Assembly: GCA_000708835.1 (NCBI GenBank)
Contig: DF236978.1
Location: 248,001 to 312,000, forward strand
DNA: 64,000 nt
Direction of reading: 5' to 3'
Source: Klebsormidium nitens
Lineage: Eukaryota > Plantae > Klebsormidiophyceae
The notes beneath the pieces were generated by a model. The model did no database searches and was not told the DNA's origin. It saw only the letters and a list, made by a program, of their open reading frames with translations. A program made the position numbers and the translations under genes. Below, piece after piece: positions 25,628 through 37,277 of this stretch. Within the stretch, counting starts at the first letter, position 1. Each line of letters starts with the position of its first letter.

Positions 25628-28600
25628 CTAAGCGGCGTTCTGGAAGATCTGCTGCACGTAAGGGGCGGCCTGCTCTGGGAAGAACTGGAGCACCGCAATC
25701 AAAGCTGCGAAACAAGAAACGAGGACCGGAAACCAGTCAGAATCGATACAACATCCGAAAATGCCTTTCCAAGAGAGAGTCTTGGACCCCATGACGTAGT
25801 TCAACAAGACTACTCGCACAGCTCTCTGAGCTCTCACCAAGCCCTGAACAGGAAGGGCCATCGCAAACATATCCAAACCTTGCCGATGACCGTGAAGGTC
25901 TCTTCAGACGCAACGTTCGGAAAGAAAACAGCTAAATGCTGGTAAGTCCCTTATTCTGCCAGCAACTCGTTTCTGCTCCACGAGCAGGAACACACAGCTT
26001 GCGGACACAGACGCAAAGCTCAAAGATCGCCTTCCTTTCGCCAGCAAGTGAAATACCGACGTTCGTAGCTTCAAAATGCATCCAGTCAGCTTTGAGATGA
26101 CCTCTGCCTTTCATGACGCGTGCATATCTCTCTAGCCGCCCGGGAGGGCCAGGAGCAGGCGGTAGAGTGACGCAGCAAGCGGACGCAATGTTTCGATAGA
26201 AACAGAGAGAGTACCTGATCACTCGTTGAGGACGAGTGACCAATCTCGCAAAGCTATCTGCAGAACTCAAGCGACTGAAAAGATCGAAACCCCCAGACTT
26301 CTAGACTTCAGAACATAAAGATGAAAATTGTTCGCTCTTTTTCCTTTCCCCCCTTGCGAGAGAGCCGCGGAAGGTTTGCTACATTTGTCATTTCCAAACT
26401 AGGAGGCCTGGATTGCACTACTGCTCGTCTACGGGATGTTGCATCGTCACAGTTGCGCAAATGGGGACATAGGATCGACCTCTTTGCCTCAACTGAAGAG
26501 CCTTTCGACTAGATCCACACAAAACCGACCATTTCTGCATTTCAATGAAGACGGCTTACTGATCAAAATGGAGCCCACGACGATGCTGACGGGCTGTTGG
26601 TACTGCGAGATGCCGCCCTTGCCTGCGTCCTTCAGCTCCCGCGGCCCCGCCTTCTCCACGACACCTGCCGAGGCAGAACGAGTCGAGGCTGACTTACTCG
26701 AACCTCTGTTATAGCACTTTGTAATGGCCCCACTTCAATGGAAGGCTACAAGCAAGGACTATGATCCTCGTAAAACGGTTTGGCATAACCCTGGTGAGAA
26801 TTCCCGACTACCATTTTCGGCTATGAGCCTCCTCAAAGTCCTTGTTCTAGTCCCCTCGTTTCTTCTCTTGCTATAATCCCTTGGCTACAAACCGGCCAAG
26901 GTCAGTGCTGGACGGTCGTGGAAGAAGAGCAGCGAACTCGGATGGGAGAAAGCCTTCGGGCTACTGACTGCCCATTCGCAACAAGCTTTCACGAAACTTG
27001 CAGATTGAACACTCAAAGAGCCCACAGAGCCGTTCGGACAAGTGAAAACACGGCATCACAGTACAGTTTGTCAGAGAATACATGACGCCGCCGGAACAGC
27101 GGACAACGAGCAAAGACGAGTCCAAAGCGCTAATTGCGACGAGGATGTGGCCAGATCGTTTTCCGACAGCTGGGACCGGGCCGAACGGACACGCAGCGTA
27201 ATCAGGTAAAGTGAACGGAACAAACTTCAAAGGAGGCTCGTACCCGGCTTGATGTCGTTGAGGCCCTTTGCAATGAAAGCCACCTCCGCCCAACCCTTGT
27301 CTTCTAGATCGTCCGCAGCCTGACCGGACCTGCAAGTAGTAGGGGTGTCCGAAATTTGTTAGAGCCGTGATACACGAAGTGCTAAAATCCGATATGCCTG
27401 TCGGGCCACAGAGTAAGAAGGGAGGTTCCGATTTGTTGGAGTCTTAATCTACAAGACGTCACCGTTGGACATGCGTATGAACCAAGAAGGGAGGCTTGGA
27501 ATTGTAGAACCTCTATAAACGAGGCGCGACTGTTGAAAATGCATGTTGGGGCCACGGACTAAGGAGGGAGGTCGCACTTCGGAGCCTGGACTCAGCAAGA
27601 GCAGAAAGTTTTGAAGTTCGACTATGTCGCGGGATCTTGGAAAGTGGGTTTGATGTTCAGGAATCCGCGAATACACAAATCGGATACGGAGGTCTGATTG
27701 CGTTGAGGACCACACGCAAGACGACGTCGCTGAGGCGGAACGAACGACATAGTTATTTGGAAGATGCGGAACCGATGAAGGTGTACTCTTGAGATTGCTC
27801 GTCTTCGTCCAACCCGGAAGCTCGCTACTCCAGTCCTTTTCTGTCGAACCGCTTCTGTGAGCGATGCATCGCCTGCCACCGAGGAGTTACGAGCCAAACT
27901 AGCTGGCTAAACCTCAATTCAATAATTCTCAAGAAAGATAAAAATAAGCCAAGATAATACTAAGCTCCGACTAACACTAAAAACCCTAACCCAAAAAGAT
28001 ACCTGCTCCGCACCCGTACCCACCCTAACCACCAAACTAACCCTACCCGTCCCAGTGCGGTTACCTTCTTATTATCTTGGCTTATTATTATCTTTCTTGA
28101 GTTCAATCTCAATTCCGACCGTTTGATTACTAGGAGACTCCACCCAGAAGCACCCGGAGGACACACACGACGAATTATTAACAATGTCAGGAGGATTGAC
28201 GTCAACTAGACGTCAGACGTCAGTTCCAGGACGATAACACCTTATACACTCCGGAGCTCGTCGCCTTCAAGAAAGCCATAAGCACCACGCAATTCACGAA
28301 AGAGCCTGAAATGCGACGACAATCCCAGTACAAGGCTGGAGACCTTAAAACGCGTCCTCATCAAAAACCGAAAAGATATTTATGTTCCCAAGGTGTCGGA
28401 GACACCGGAGTATATTCCCACCTAAGGCCCTCCTGGCAGACAAGGAGTAGCTTTTGGTCCTTGGGGTACTGCGAGATTTTGCTGTTGAAGTCGGGGTTGG
28501 GCTTGGTAAACGCGTTTCCGTAGAGCAGACCCACGTAGTTGTTATGCAGCAACCGCAGGACCAGTGTGCCTGCGCAGGATCAACGGGCAGACACCTGTGA

Positions 28601-31600
28601 ATCTTGCGGCAACAGGTGCTTGAAGTCTACCCTTGGCAGGAGGTAGTTACCTGTCTATCAGTTGATGTTTTCGCAGTGCTGCTGGCAACAATTCCGAACG
28701 TTCATGTCGGCATAACGTTCCTTAAGGCTCTTTTGGCGAGCTGTGACTTTGCAGGACGTAGCGCCTGCCAAGGCAGTGCCAGCAACACCTCTGGTAAGGA
28801 TGGAAATTTCCGTACGATTCCTCGCTTTCGGATTCCCTGCAGGGTAGAGCTTCGGAAAACGCTCGCCCCCTCCTCACCCTAGTCTCTAACCCAATGATCC
28901 TTTCCCGCTTGCATTTGAGAAACGCAACAATGAATGAGACGTTTTACGACAGTCCCGGCAAGAACTGAGCACTCACTGGGGTCCATGGCCGTGTTCTCAA
29001 CGAACAGCGGTACGTGCTCGCTGTTCTTGATGTGCGCCTTCTCGTACTGCTTCTCGTCCCGTACGTCAATCACCTTATAACCCTCCGCGATCAACGCGGG
29101 CACCTCGCTCGCATTGATGGACCGCAGCTCGGCGACCGCGGCACCTAATTCAAAATCAGGAAAGACGGTTATTAGTAATCTGACCGTCGACTACCTTGCT
29201 CGTATTCGACTTTGAATTTGCATTCACACTTCTTTACCCACACTGGACAACAATCCCGGGACTGGGGCTCCTGTCTTCCGGAGGAGAGGGTGTTTATCCG
29301 CCCCTCGCCTGTCGAAGTTCGTCAATCGGAGGAGTTTCTGTTGTGGCTAAACCTGGATGGAACCCGTGCAGAAAATTGTGAGCAGACCGAACAACGTTTT
29401 CCATTCATTCTGAATATACAATCCGATTGATCTGCGCTACTTTGGCTCGCATTGATGGACCCCGACTCGGCGACCGCGACTATCAAAATCCAATACAAGC
29501 TTTTGAGTGATTCGATGGGGCCGATTTGTTCCTTTCTCTGTTAGTCGTCAGAACTTCTTTTCATGGTATGTGCGCCAGTTCGTTCCCATTGACGAACCGC
29601 AACTGGGCGGAATCAAGGAAGGTGTATGGGACGTGGTTTGGAGTGCGTCTGTCGTTCCCGCTCAATTTGTGTTCCGACATTCTTGTGCGATGCCTGCATT
29701 CAGTCTCGCCACCTCCATCTGCGGGACGCAGCTCACCAACCAACGCTCCCGAGACAGGACTTCAAAATAAAACTTCACAGGCGATAACTTCACAGGTGGA
29801 CCTGACGGGGTCCTTGCATTCCCTTTTGCAAAGATCTGTAGCAAGTACATCTGATAGAAAAGGAATGACACTTGGCGCAGGTGTCTGGTAAGGACATGAG
29901 ACAGGATAGAATAGACAGAAAACTGGAGCTTTTGGCTGTGTAACTCGGACCTACGTGATCGGGAAGCCTTGGAACACATTAAATGCCCCCAGCCAGCTCA
30001 GCATTGTGTGTGGAAAAAGGATTTCCAGATGACTAACAAACAGCTTGTTTGAGGGACACAAGACAAGACAGCTGAAAATTCAGAACAAAGTCGAGTCTAG
30101 GAAAACATGACGCAGCTGCGATACATCTGGTTGGGGCCATTCCTGAATGATGATTGAAAGGCACAGGTCAAATACTACAAACAAAGGTTTGAATATACGG
30201 ACCCGATTCAGAGCCTCAGACAAAGCACTATCCTCAACAGTAACAACAGAAAACATGGCGCCAAAAGGGACTAGAGACAATCTTTTGTCTGCTGAAGGAC
30301 AAGCTGAGGTTTTCCTCAACCCCATGAGCGGTGGTACTTATCGATGGTGCGCACATCTTAGAAGTGGACATGTTCCTACAGACACCTGAGGGTGCCACTC
30401 TGAAACGATGTTGCAATATTCGTACACACCCTGCCCCAACTTAACAGATTCAATTTGAAAGAGACAATTCTCCACACTCTGCTTGTACCCACTTGAGCAA
30501 CCTGCATCCGCCCAATTGCCAGGGGGCTATAATGTGTGCGCCAAGTCAAAGAAGGCAGGAAAGACGAAAGCAAACGAGAATACCACCACTAGTAGACTTG
30601 CTGTTATGGGGTATTCGTGGGGTAAAACTGGATTCCACTCTGATTTGAATCAAATGGGGACAAACCAAAGTTGGCCCACAGAGGTGCCTAAGGCATGCTT
30701 TTCTTTTAATAGCACTAGGGATGTCCATTTCTTGGGGATGCACTATTTACCACCAACATGCGAAGAAATGGCTAAAAATAAAAATTGGTACCCCTTTCTC
30801 CAATGCTGAGACATATTGAGCATTCAGTGACAACACAGGAAGCGCAGGTTTATGACAATTGACGCCCCAAACCCTAGAGCTAACTCCTTCAATGCAATTC
30901 AGCACCCTGTGTGGAAGGGGCTTTGGTGGCCGCCACCAAAAGCCCTGGCTTGCGGACATGATCGCTTAGGGGTAGGTTGTTTAAAGGGCCGGTCGTTTCC
31001 AAAAAACCCACAGGACTTGCCACTGGCCCATCTTTTTGCCCAACAGAAACTTCCAACCCAGATCCATAGCTTTACACTGCCCAAAGTACAATCGGTTTAG
31101 CGACCGGCACACGAGTGCAAGATCTCGGGAGAAATCCAATGACGACCCACTCAAAACTACCTTGCAAGATTGCTGGAGGTTTTGGACTCCAAAAACACAA
31201 ATGCAAGGCTTGCAGGACTGATGAGGTTGACTAGCTACACATATGTTTCACAAGGCAACAGCTTTGACAGAGACTCTTTTATTGCATCAATCAGGGGAAA
31301 AACAAACAAAATTAAGTAGTGCTGTTGGTCAAAGCCGCACATATTACAAATGCCGTCATGCTCTTCCCGGGAACAAAGGTCCGTTTGTTTTAACCTTCAA
31401 GTTCCAAGCTCTCAGATATGTGCTGCACCTTTCAAATTGGGGGTGGTAGGACTGTCCATAACTTTCCATGTGCATTTCAATTGGCACTGACATCTTTACT
31501 TGTCTTCAACAAGCCTTCAGAAAACTTTCATCCCAGAGATACGGCGGAACCGTAAGGGCCGCTTATCCAGACGCACCTTGTCGGGCTACGCTTCGTCTCC

Positions 31601-31748
31601 TCGCACCCCGTGTAATGCTGCGTGGCAGCCTTGCGCCCACGTATGCAGATGAGACATTGTCCAAAGGGGTTCGAGCTGTCTGACTCCTGCACCCGGTGGA
31701 CAACTTGGACGCACTTTGAACAGAAGCTGTCAGTGATGCTGCCGCCAT
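25628..31748 (-). CDS. STR9: Chloroplast rhodanese-like domain protein 9, 6 exons, ~251 aa
   Basis: Exons 31748-31577 (transit-peptide-like), 29144-28977, 28569-28422, 27329-27244, 26664-26560, 25704-25628 total 756 nt with consistent phases. Motifs YKVIDVRD..AHIK..HVPLF, LHNNYVGLLYGNAFTKPNPDF, LLLVCQEGLRS, ELKDAGKGG and QFFPEQA match plant STR9. Confidence 0.92.
27921..28107. mobile_element. Hairpin/MITE-like element with telomere-like loop in a STR9 intron
   Basis: Inverted arms 27928-27959 and 28070-28101 match at 31/32 nt. A flanking 8-bp direct repeat CTCAATTC (27913-27920, 28108-28115) could be a TSD. The loop contains CCCTAA motifs. Confidence 0.65.
29446..29612 (-). repeat. Decayed intronic copies of the STR9 exon-2 acceptor/5' end
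   Basis: 29446-29490 copies 29107-29157 (GCTCGCATTGATGGACC..CTCGGCGACCGCG..TCAAAATC). A second copy at ~29577-29609 matches the exon at 25/33 nt. Confidence 0.7.
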
Positions 31749-32119
31749 TGTGTTTCAATCCCGTATGACTCTGGCGCCTCTTCAAGCTTTATGTATCGGA
31801 GGTAGGAGTTCACCCGATTCAAAGCTAGAGAAAGCAAAGCGGAAAGCAAACTGGATTGCAGCGCCCACTCGGAATCCTATTACAATCACATTTGAGAAAG
31901 AAATGCATCATGAGTTGAAGGAACCGTGCTTTTTCCGATTCACTGCTTCAAAGTTTGGGCCCACGCGATTGGTCAAGCTCCATGTCAGCGAAACCAAGCC
32001 GTCAAAAGCAGATATTGAAACGATCGGACGGTTTTCAAAGTGCAGCTGGGATCCTCAAAGTCCGTCATACCATTGGGGAAAGTTTTGCGTCAGGCGAATC
32101 GCGATGCAAAAATGTGTAA

Positions 32120-32207
32120 TCTCGACAACCGGATTCGAACCAGTGACCTAAGGATTTTCTGTGCTAACGACTACAGTCCTCCGCTCTACCAACTGAGCTA
32201 TGTCGAG
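32120..32207 (-). tRNA. trnY-GUA: tRNA-Tyr (GUA) with 15-nt intron
   Basis: Acceptor stem CTCGACA/TGTCGAG plus discriminator A; D-arm TAGCTCAGTTGGTAGAGC; anticodon GTA at 32174-32172; intron 32170-32156 after position 37; T-arm GGTTCGAATCC; T5 terminator just downstream (32112-32108). Confidence 0.97.
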
Positions 32208-32488
32208 ACATGGTGAAAGCCTGCCGCTCTCAAATGTATAGACTTAACTTTAGGTCCGCATGCATCCAGCATGCTGCATATGCATAGACTCAGAGTCAGA
32301 GCTGCGCGCCTGCATGAGGAAGACAGCAATTGCAGGAAGCGGCTATAGAGCTATTGAATCTGCTCATGTGTGAAGATGGCAGATTTTGGTCAGCCTAGCT
32401 TCCTCATCTGCGGCTACTTCTTCTCTTTATTCATCTTTGAGGTTCTTGGATTCTGCTTTTGGCGTAGGTCAGGCTACATAGCACCTGA

Positions 32489-32716
<228 letters not shown>

Positions 32717-34689
32717 TGACGCAGTGGAGGGTGAAGCTGAGAAAAGGGGATTGATGGTGCATGCAGTGCAGGTAAGTAGCATTACTTTGAGTTGTGGGTC
32801 AGTAAGCTGATCATTTGCCAGCGTTGCGGTTTTCCAGGATTCAGGCCACACAATCAGAGGACATACTTTGGTTTGGGAGGGCGGCAGGACAGTGCCCGCT
32901 TCTTCCAATGATGTTCTATGTTGTTGACTCTCTGTCAAGGATGGATGCAGGATCTTGGACTTACTCCCTGTGGAGCCTGATGTGCTGATGCTTCAAATTT
33001 TTATTTGAAGATCTTGATCCATTAGCCTCAAAGTGGCAGACTTTTCTGATTCTGAGCAGCCTATGGCCGCTTACTGTTCTGGAAGGAAAGGTCTTGCATC
33101 ACCAGGCAGAAAAACTTGATGCTTCCTCTAGCATTTGTGGTTGATACTGTTCAAGATGCTGCGTACTTATGAGAAGTGTGTTTGTCTCAGGCTGACCTGA
33201 GCAAAACTGAGGACGTCAAGCGGCTCTTCGAGGCCACCATTGAGAAGTTCCAGAAGCTGTCCATCTTGGTTAACAATGCAGGCTACATGGTAAGTCCTCT
33301 CTGTAACAATCTCCTGGCTTGGCAGATGAGGCAGAGGCCATCCGGGAGTCTAACTGCTTTAGAGTGAGTAACTTGCCCTTCATTTAGCTGAGTATGAAGG
33401 TGATGCAAGCTCCAGGTCAACTTCCAGCGCGCACTTCACAGCGAAGAGCACAACTTTCATCGTAGCATCTCCTTGACCCGCCCCTACGGTATAGAGCCAG
33501 CTTTTGTTCTACTCTCTCTCAGAGTATCTGTCCATATATTCATGTATCTCGACCAGTGTAGGATTGACAGTGAAAAGAAAGAATCTCAGACAACTTATTC
33601 TTATCGCCCTCGTCTCAGGGGCCCGTTTGCATATCCTGCATGTTCTCCCATGGCTCACCGTCGTTCAAAGGATAACTCAGTGCCTCTACGTTGAGTCGGG
33701 TTGGTACCTTCTGACTCGCTCTGAATCAAGCAGGATTCGACCTACGCAAAGGTGGCGGACATCTCAGACGAGGCCATTGAGATGTAAGCCGTTTTCGAGT
33801 CTGGTCGTTTGTTGTTCTGAACTGGAGGCTTTCACAATCTTGTTCAGGACAATTCTAATTCGGAGTCGAGTGGTTTTTCACGTGACTTGGCCTAATCCAG
33901 TCGTAGGTATTCAAAGAGACACTCAATGGAATACTTTAACTGCCTACTTCAACGTTTCTTTTTCTTTTCAATCACGTTCTCATGTCTGAAGAAAGAATAC
34001 TTATTAAGTTGAAGTTATGCAGATCAGCTGGCCTGAAAAGTAGCCGTGCGTGTTCGTTCTGCACCACAGGACTTTTGATCTGAACATCAAGGGCGCGTTT
34101 TTATGTCTCCGGGAGGCAGCACGGAGAATGGAGGACGGCGGGCGGATTGTTAACATTACCACCAGTCTAGTTGCGTTCACAAACCCGGGGTATGGTGTGG
34201 CCGCGTACTCCGGAAGCAAGGCAGCCCTTGAAAACTTCACAAAGGTGCGTATCGAGGGCATTGTAACTTTATTGTCTTTTCAAGACGCGTGCGGTCTTGC
34301 TTCCGAATGAAATGATATTCGAGTTTTCCAACAGAAACTGTGTTTATTTGGCATCCGCCGGTTTACAGGCTTTTTGCAGATGGACAGCTTTGTTTTCATG
34401 GCCATCAAGACCAGGGTTTGCCGGGGTGTGGAGCAAAGGTTTCTGTGTTGAAAACAGGGAGCTATAGATGGCGCTTGGCAATCCGCGACCGAAAGACAGT
34501 AAGATTTCACAAAAGGTTAATAGATTCAAAGAGTCAAGATGGTTTGAGCCAACTGCTTGCATTGCCCCCTTGTATGGGTTTCAGGATTCACTCGACATGT
34601 TGAGACAATTGTAAGCTTCCCTCCCACACATGGGCGTTCGCAGGATCAGGTGGGGCCAAAACTGGCACTCTTTAAAACAAATGCAAAAC

Positions 34690-34765
34690 AATTCAAAAAA
34701 AAAGGAACTTTGACGGTCGATGGTGGGAATCGATCCCGGGACCCTTTGGTATGGTAGTATAGCCC
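34690..34765 (-). pseudogene. Degenerate tRNA 3'-half (tRNA-Ala-like, GGATCGAT T-loop) followed by oligo-T; possible SINE or tRNA relic
   Basis: The minus strand reads CTACCATACCAAAGGGTCCCGGGATCGATTCCCACCATCGACC followed by a T9 tract. By-eye match is ~29/43 nt to a plant tRNA-Ala 3' half recalled from memory. No D-arm or 5' acceptor strand was found. Confidence 0.3.
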
Positions 34766-35022
34766 GGTCGGTTCCGAAAAGTACACTCGGACGGTCGGAA
34801 ACGTACACATGTACACCCGCCGTACTCGCCGCTGAAATGTCAGCACTTGTCAGCACTTGTCAGAATTCACCGAATGATGACCTTATGACACGTTTCAGCT
34901 CGTCATTTGATGAAAACTTGGCCGAATCGAGCTCGGTTTCGTGCTACTGGTAGCTAAAGACGGTTTCAGACCGGTGTACCGGTAGACTTTTGACCAAATA
35001 GTCAGGACCCGGTAGGTTCTGG

Positions 35023-35429
35023 TGAGTGCCCGGTTGATGACGGAAAATGGTGAAAGTACAAAAGGGCGACCCATGAAAGTCGGACCAAACGAGCATTTCC
35101 GGTGGGCACATTTGGTCACGGCCCCTCTCTAGTGAAACTCTAGGGCACTGTATTGTCATTTTGAATTTTGGGGCCTAGACCCGGTTGGTGGCGGGGGGTT
35201 ATATTTGAATATATTACTATTTTAAATAATCAAAATAAATCAAGCCATGCTATAGGGGTCGGGTCCCAATGAAATTTCAAAATGTGAAAAGGTGGTGCCC
35301 TAGAGTTACCCGAGACTTGACTGGTGACCAAGTTTCACTTTCCAAAAGTTGCTCAAGGTGGGACTTCCGTGGGTCGCCCTTTCGAAATCGGCCGTGTACC
35401 GGGCACATTTTGCATCTACCGGGCACTCA
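35023..35429. mobile_element. Foldback/MITE-like long imperfect palindrome in SDR intron 4
   Basis: Nested inverted pairs: 35023-35034/35418-35429 (12 bp), 35061-35073/35370-35382 (13 bp), 35112-35119/35324-35331, 35136-35148/35295-35307 (13 bp), ~35157-35169/35271-35283. They share a centre near 35221 with an AT-rich loop. Confidence 0.75.
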
Positions 35430-36813
35430 ACACTTTTGAGAAAACTTTTGAGTGTACCATTTAAAGGTACCTTTTAGGTACCCAAAGCAAAAAACGGAAC
35501 TCACTTTGACCAAGTTAGGCTAAAGTGGCGGCCACAAAGGTGCCCAAGCAATATTCTGGATTTTGCTGACAGCCTTTTGGCCCTTCCTGATCCTGCGAAC
35601 GCCCACATCCGATCCCTGTACGACTTCGACACAGATTTTGGACTTCCGCAGTCGCAAGCCTGATATTTGTGATCAACGACTAATTGAAGGCTGTCTTCTT
35701 TGGACCGACTTCGTATCCATCGACTCTCGGTGCTGTGCAGAGATAAAACGCTGAAAGATTGTGGCTTCTCGGGTCCTTGATCGCCGCCTTCTACATTTGA
35801 AGGCATCCCCGTTCTCTCATGCAGTGCCTAGCGCCCGAGCTCCAAGGCCGACGCATCACTGTGAACGCCGTTGCTCCCGGCCCCACCGCCACCGAACTTT
35901 TCTACCGGGGCAAGACCGAGGCCCAGGTACGAGCTCTTCGGACACCTGTGTTTGTCGCTCACAGGGGAGGCTTTGACTGTTCGTGCCAAGGTCTTGGTTT
36001 TATTGTGTGCTGTGCTGTCGGCTGCACTTGCTTGATTCTACTCTGAGGCGGGGCTGAGCAGAAGTCAGCTCCACATGGCGTCCTCATCCGTGAAAGCGGA
36101 GTTTCAGATTGTCAAATCCTGGGGTATGATCTACGGCCCTGAGCGGCTCGAAACTGGTCACTTGCGGCCACGTTTACCCCAAAGTCGGCCTACTGCGTAC
36201 AACACGCAACGCCTCCTGTGCTACGACCGTGGCAATGTCGTAGAGAAGTTTGCCGAAAACTTCTGGCTGAAAGTGCGCGGTGATCAAATAAAGAGCTGCT
36301 TCGTTGATGGCCGTGAAGACGACTATTGCCGCCGTATCTGTGCAGGTTGAGAAGGCTCGTATGATGAACCCGATGGAGCGGCTAGGACAGCCCGACGACA
36401 TTGCCAATGTCATTGGCTTCCTTGTGAGCAGAGAAGGTAAGGATCTACTTTCTTTGAGTCGTCCATGGTGGCCCTTCAAAGTTAGCCCGGTCGGCTGAGA
36501 ATGGATGTGTCATTTGCCATGTCCAGTCGTGTCTCCTGCAATGCTTGAGTTCCGGCTCATGCGTTGCTTCGGTAGGTGAGGCAAAAATCTTCATACGAAT
36601 CAGTTAAAATTGGTCATTTAGAAAAGCTCTTCCTCGTGCGCATGCAGGGGAATGGGTGAATGCACAGATTGTTCGAGCAAACGGGGGCTACATCTAATCA
36701 TTCTTGGCGGGAGCACGCCAGGAACGATGGTTTACGAGGCTGGAATCTGCCGAAGAGAAATTGCGGCAGTCGCGGAATCCGTACAAATGGACTCGAGACT
36801 ACATCTTTGTCCT

Positions 36814-36855
36814 AAGGTGCTCGTTTGTAAGCCCAAGGTGCTCGTTTGTAAGCCC
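36814..36855. repeat. Perfect 21-bp tandem duplication
   Basis: AAGGTGCTCGTTTGTAAGCCC x2, downstream of the SDR stop codon. Confidence 0.9.
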
Positions 36856-37277
36856 TATAGAAATTGGTCAGATGACACATCAATTATATACATAATGTTT
36901 AGTTTGCATGTAAATTTCACAAGATTACTAATGATGAATGACATTGACTATAGATGACTTTCCGTCATTTGGTTGCATGCAAGCACAAGCTCTAGATCGG
37001 CACCGTGCAACCGTACAAGACTGCGCATTCCCATGAGACACCGGAGAGTCGGAACAACAGCTGCATACAAGCATCATTGGGCCATGGATTTGTAGCGCGG
37101 GCCCCAGCCCGGCGGCCGGCCGGCCCCGGCCGCGCACGCGTGCGGAGAAAACTGCGCCCTCTTGTGCGCGCAGGCCCACAAAAAGAAGCAACGTACGGAC
37201 TTGATCCATGCACATGGCCCTGGGGGAGGCTCGAGAGCAGGACTCGTTCTGACGCTTGCGACGGCAGGGAAGGCGCC

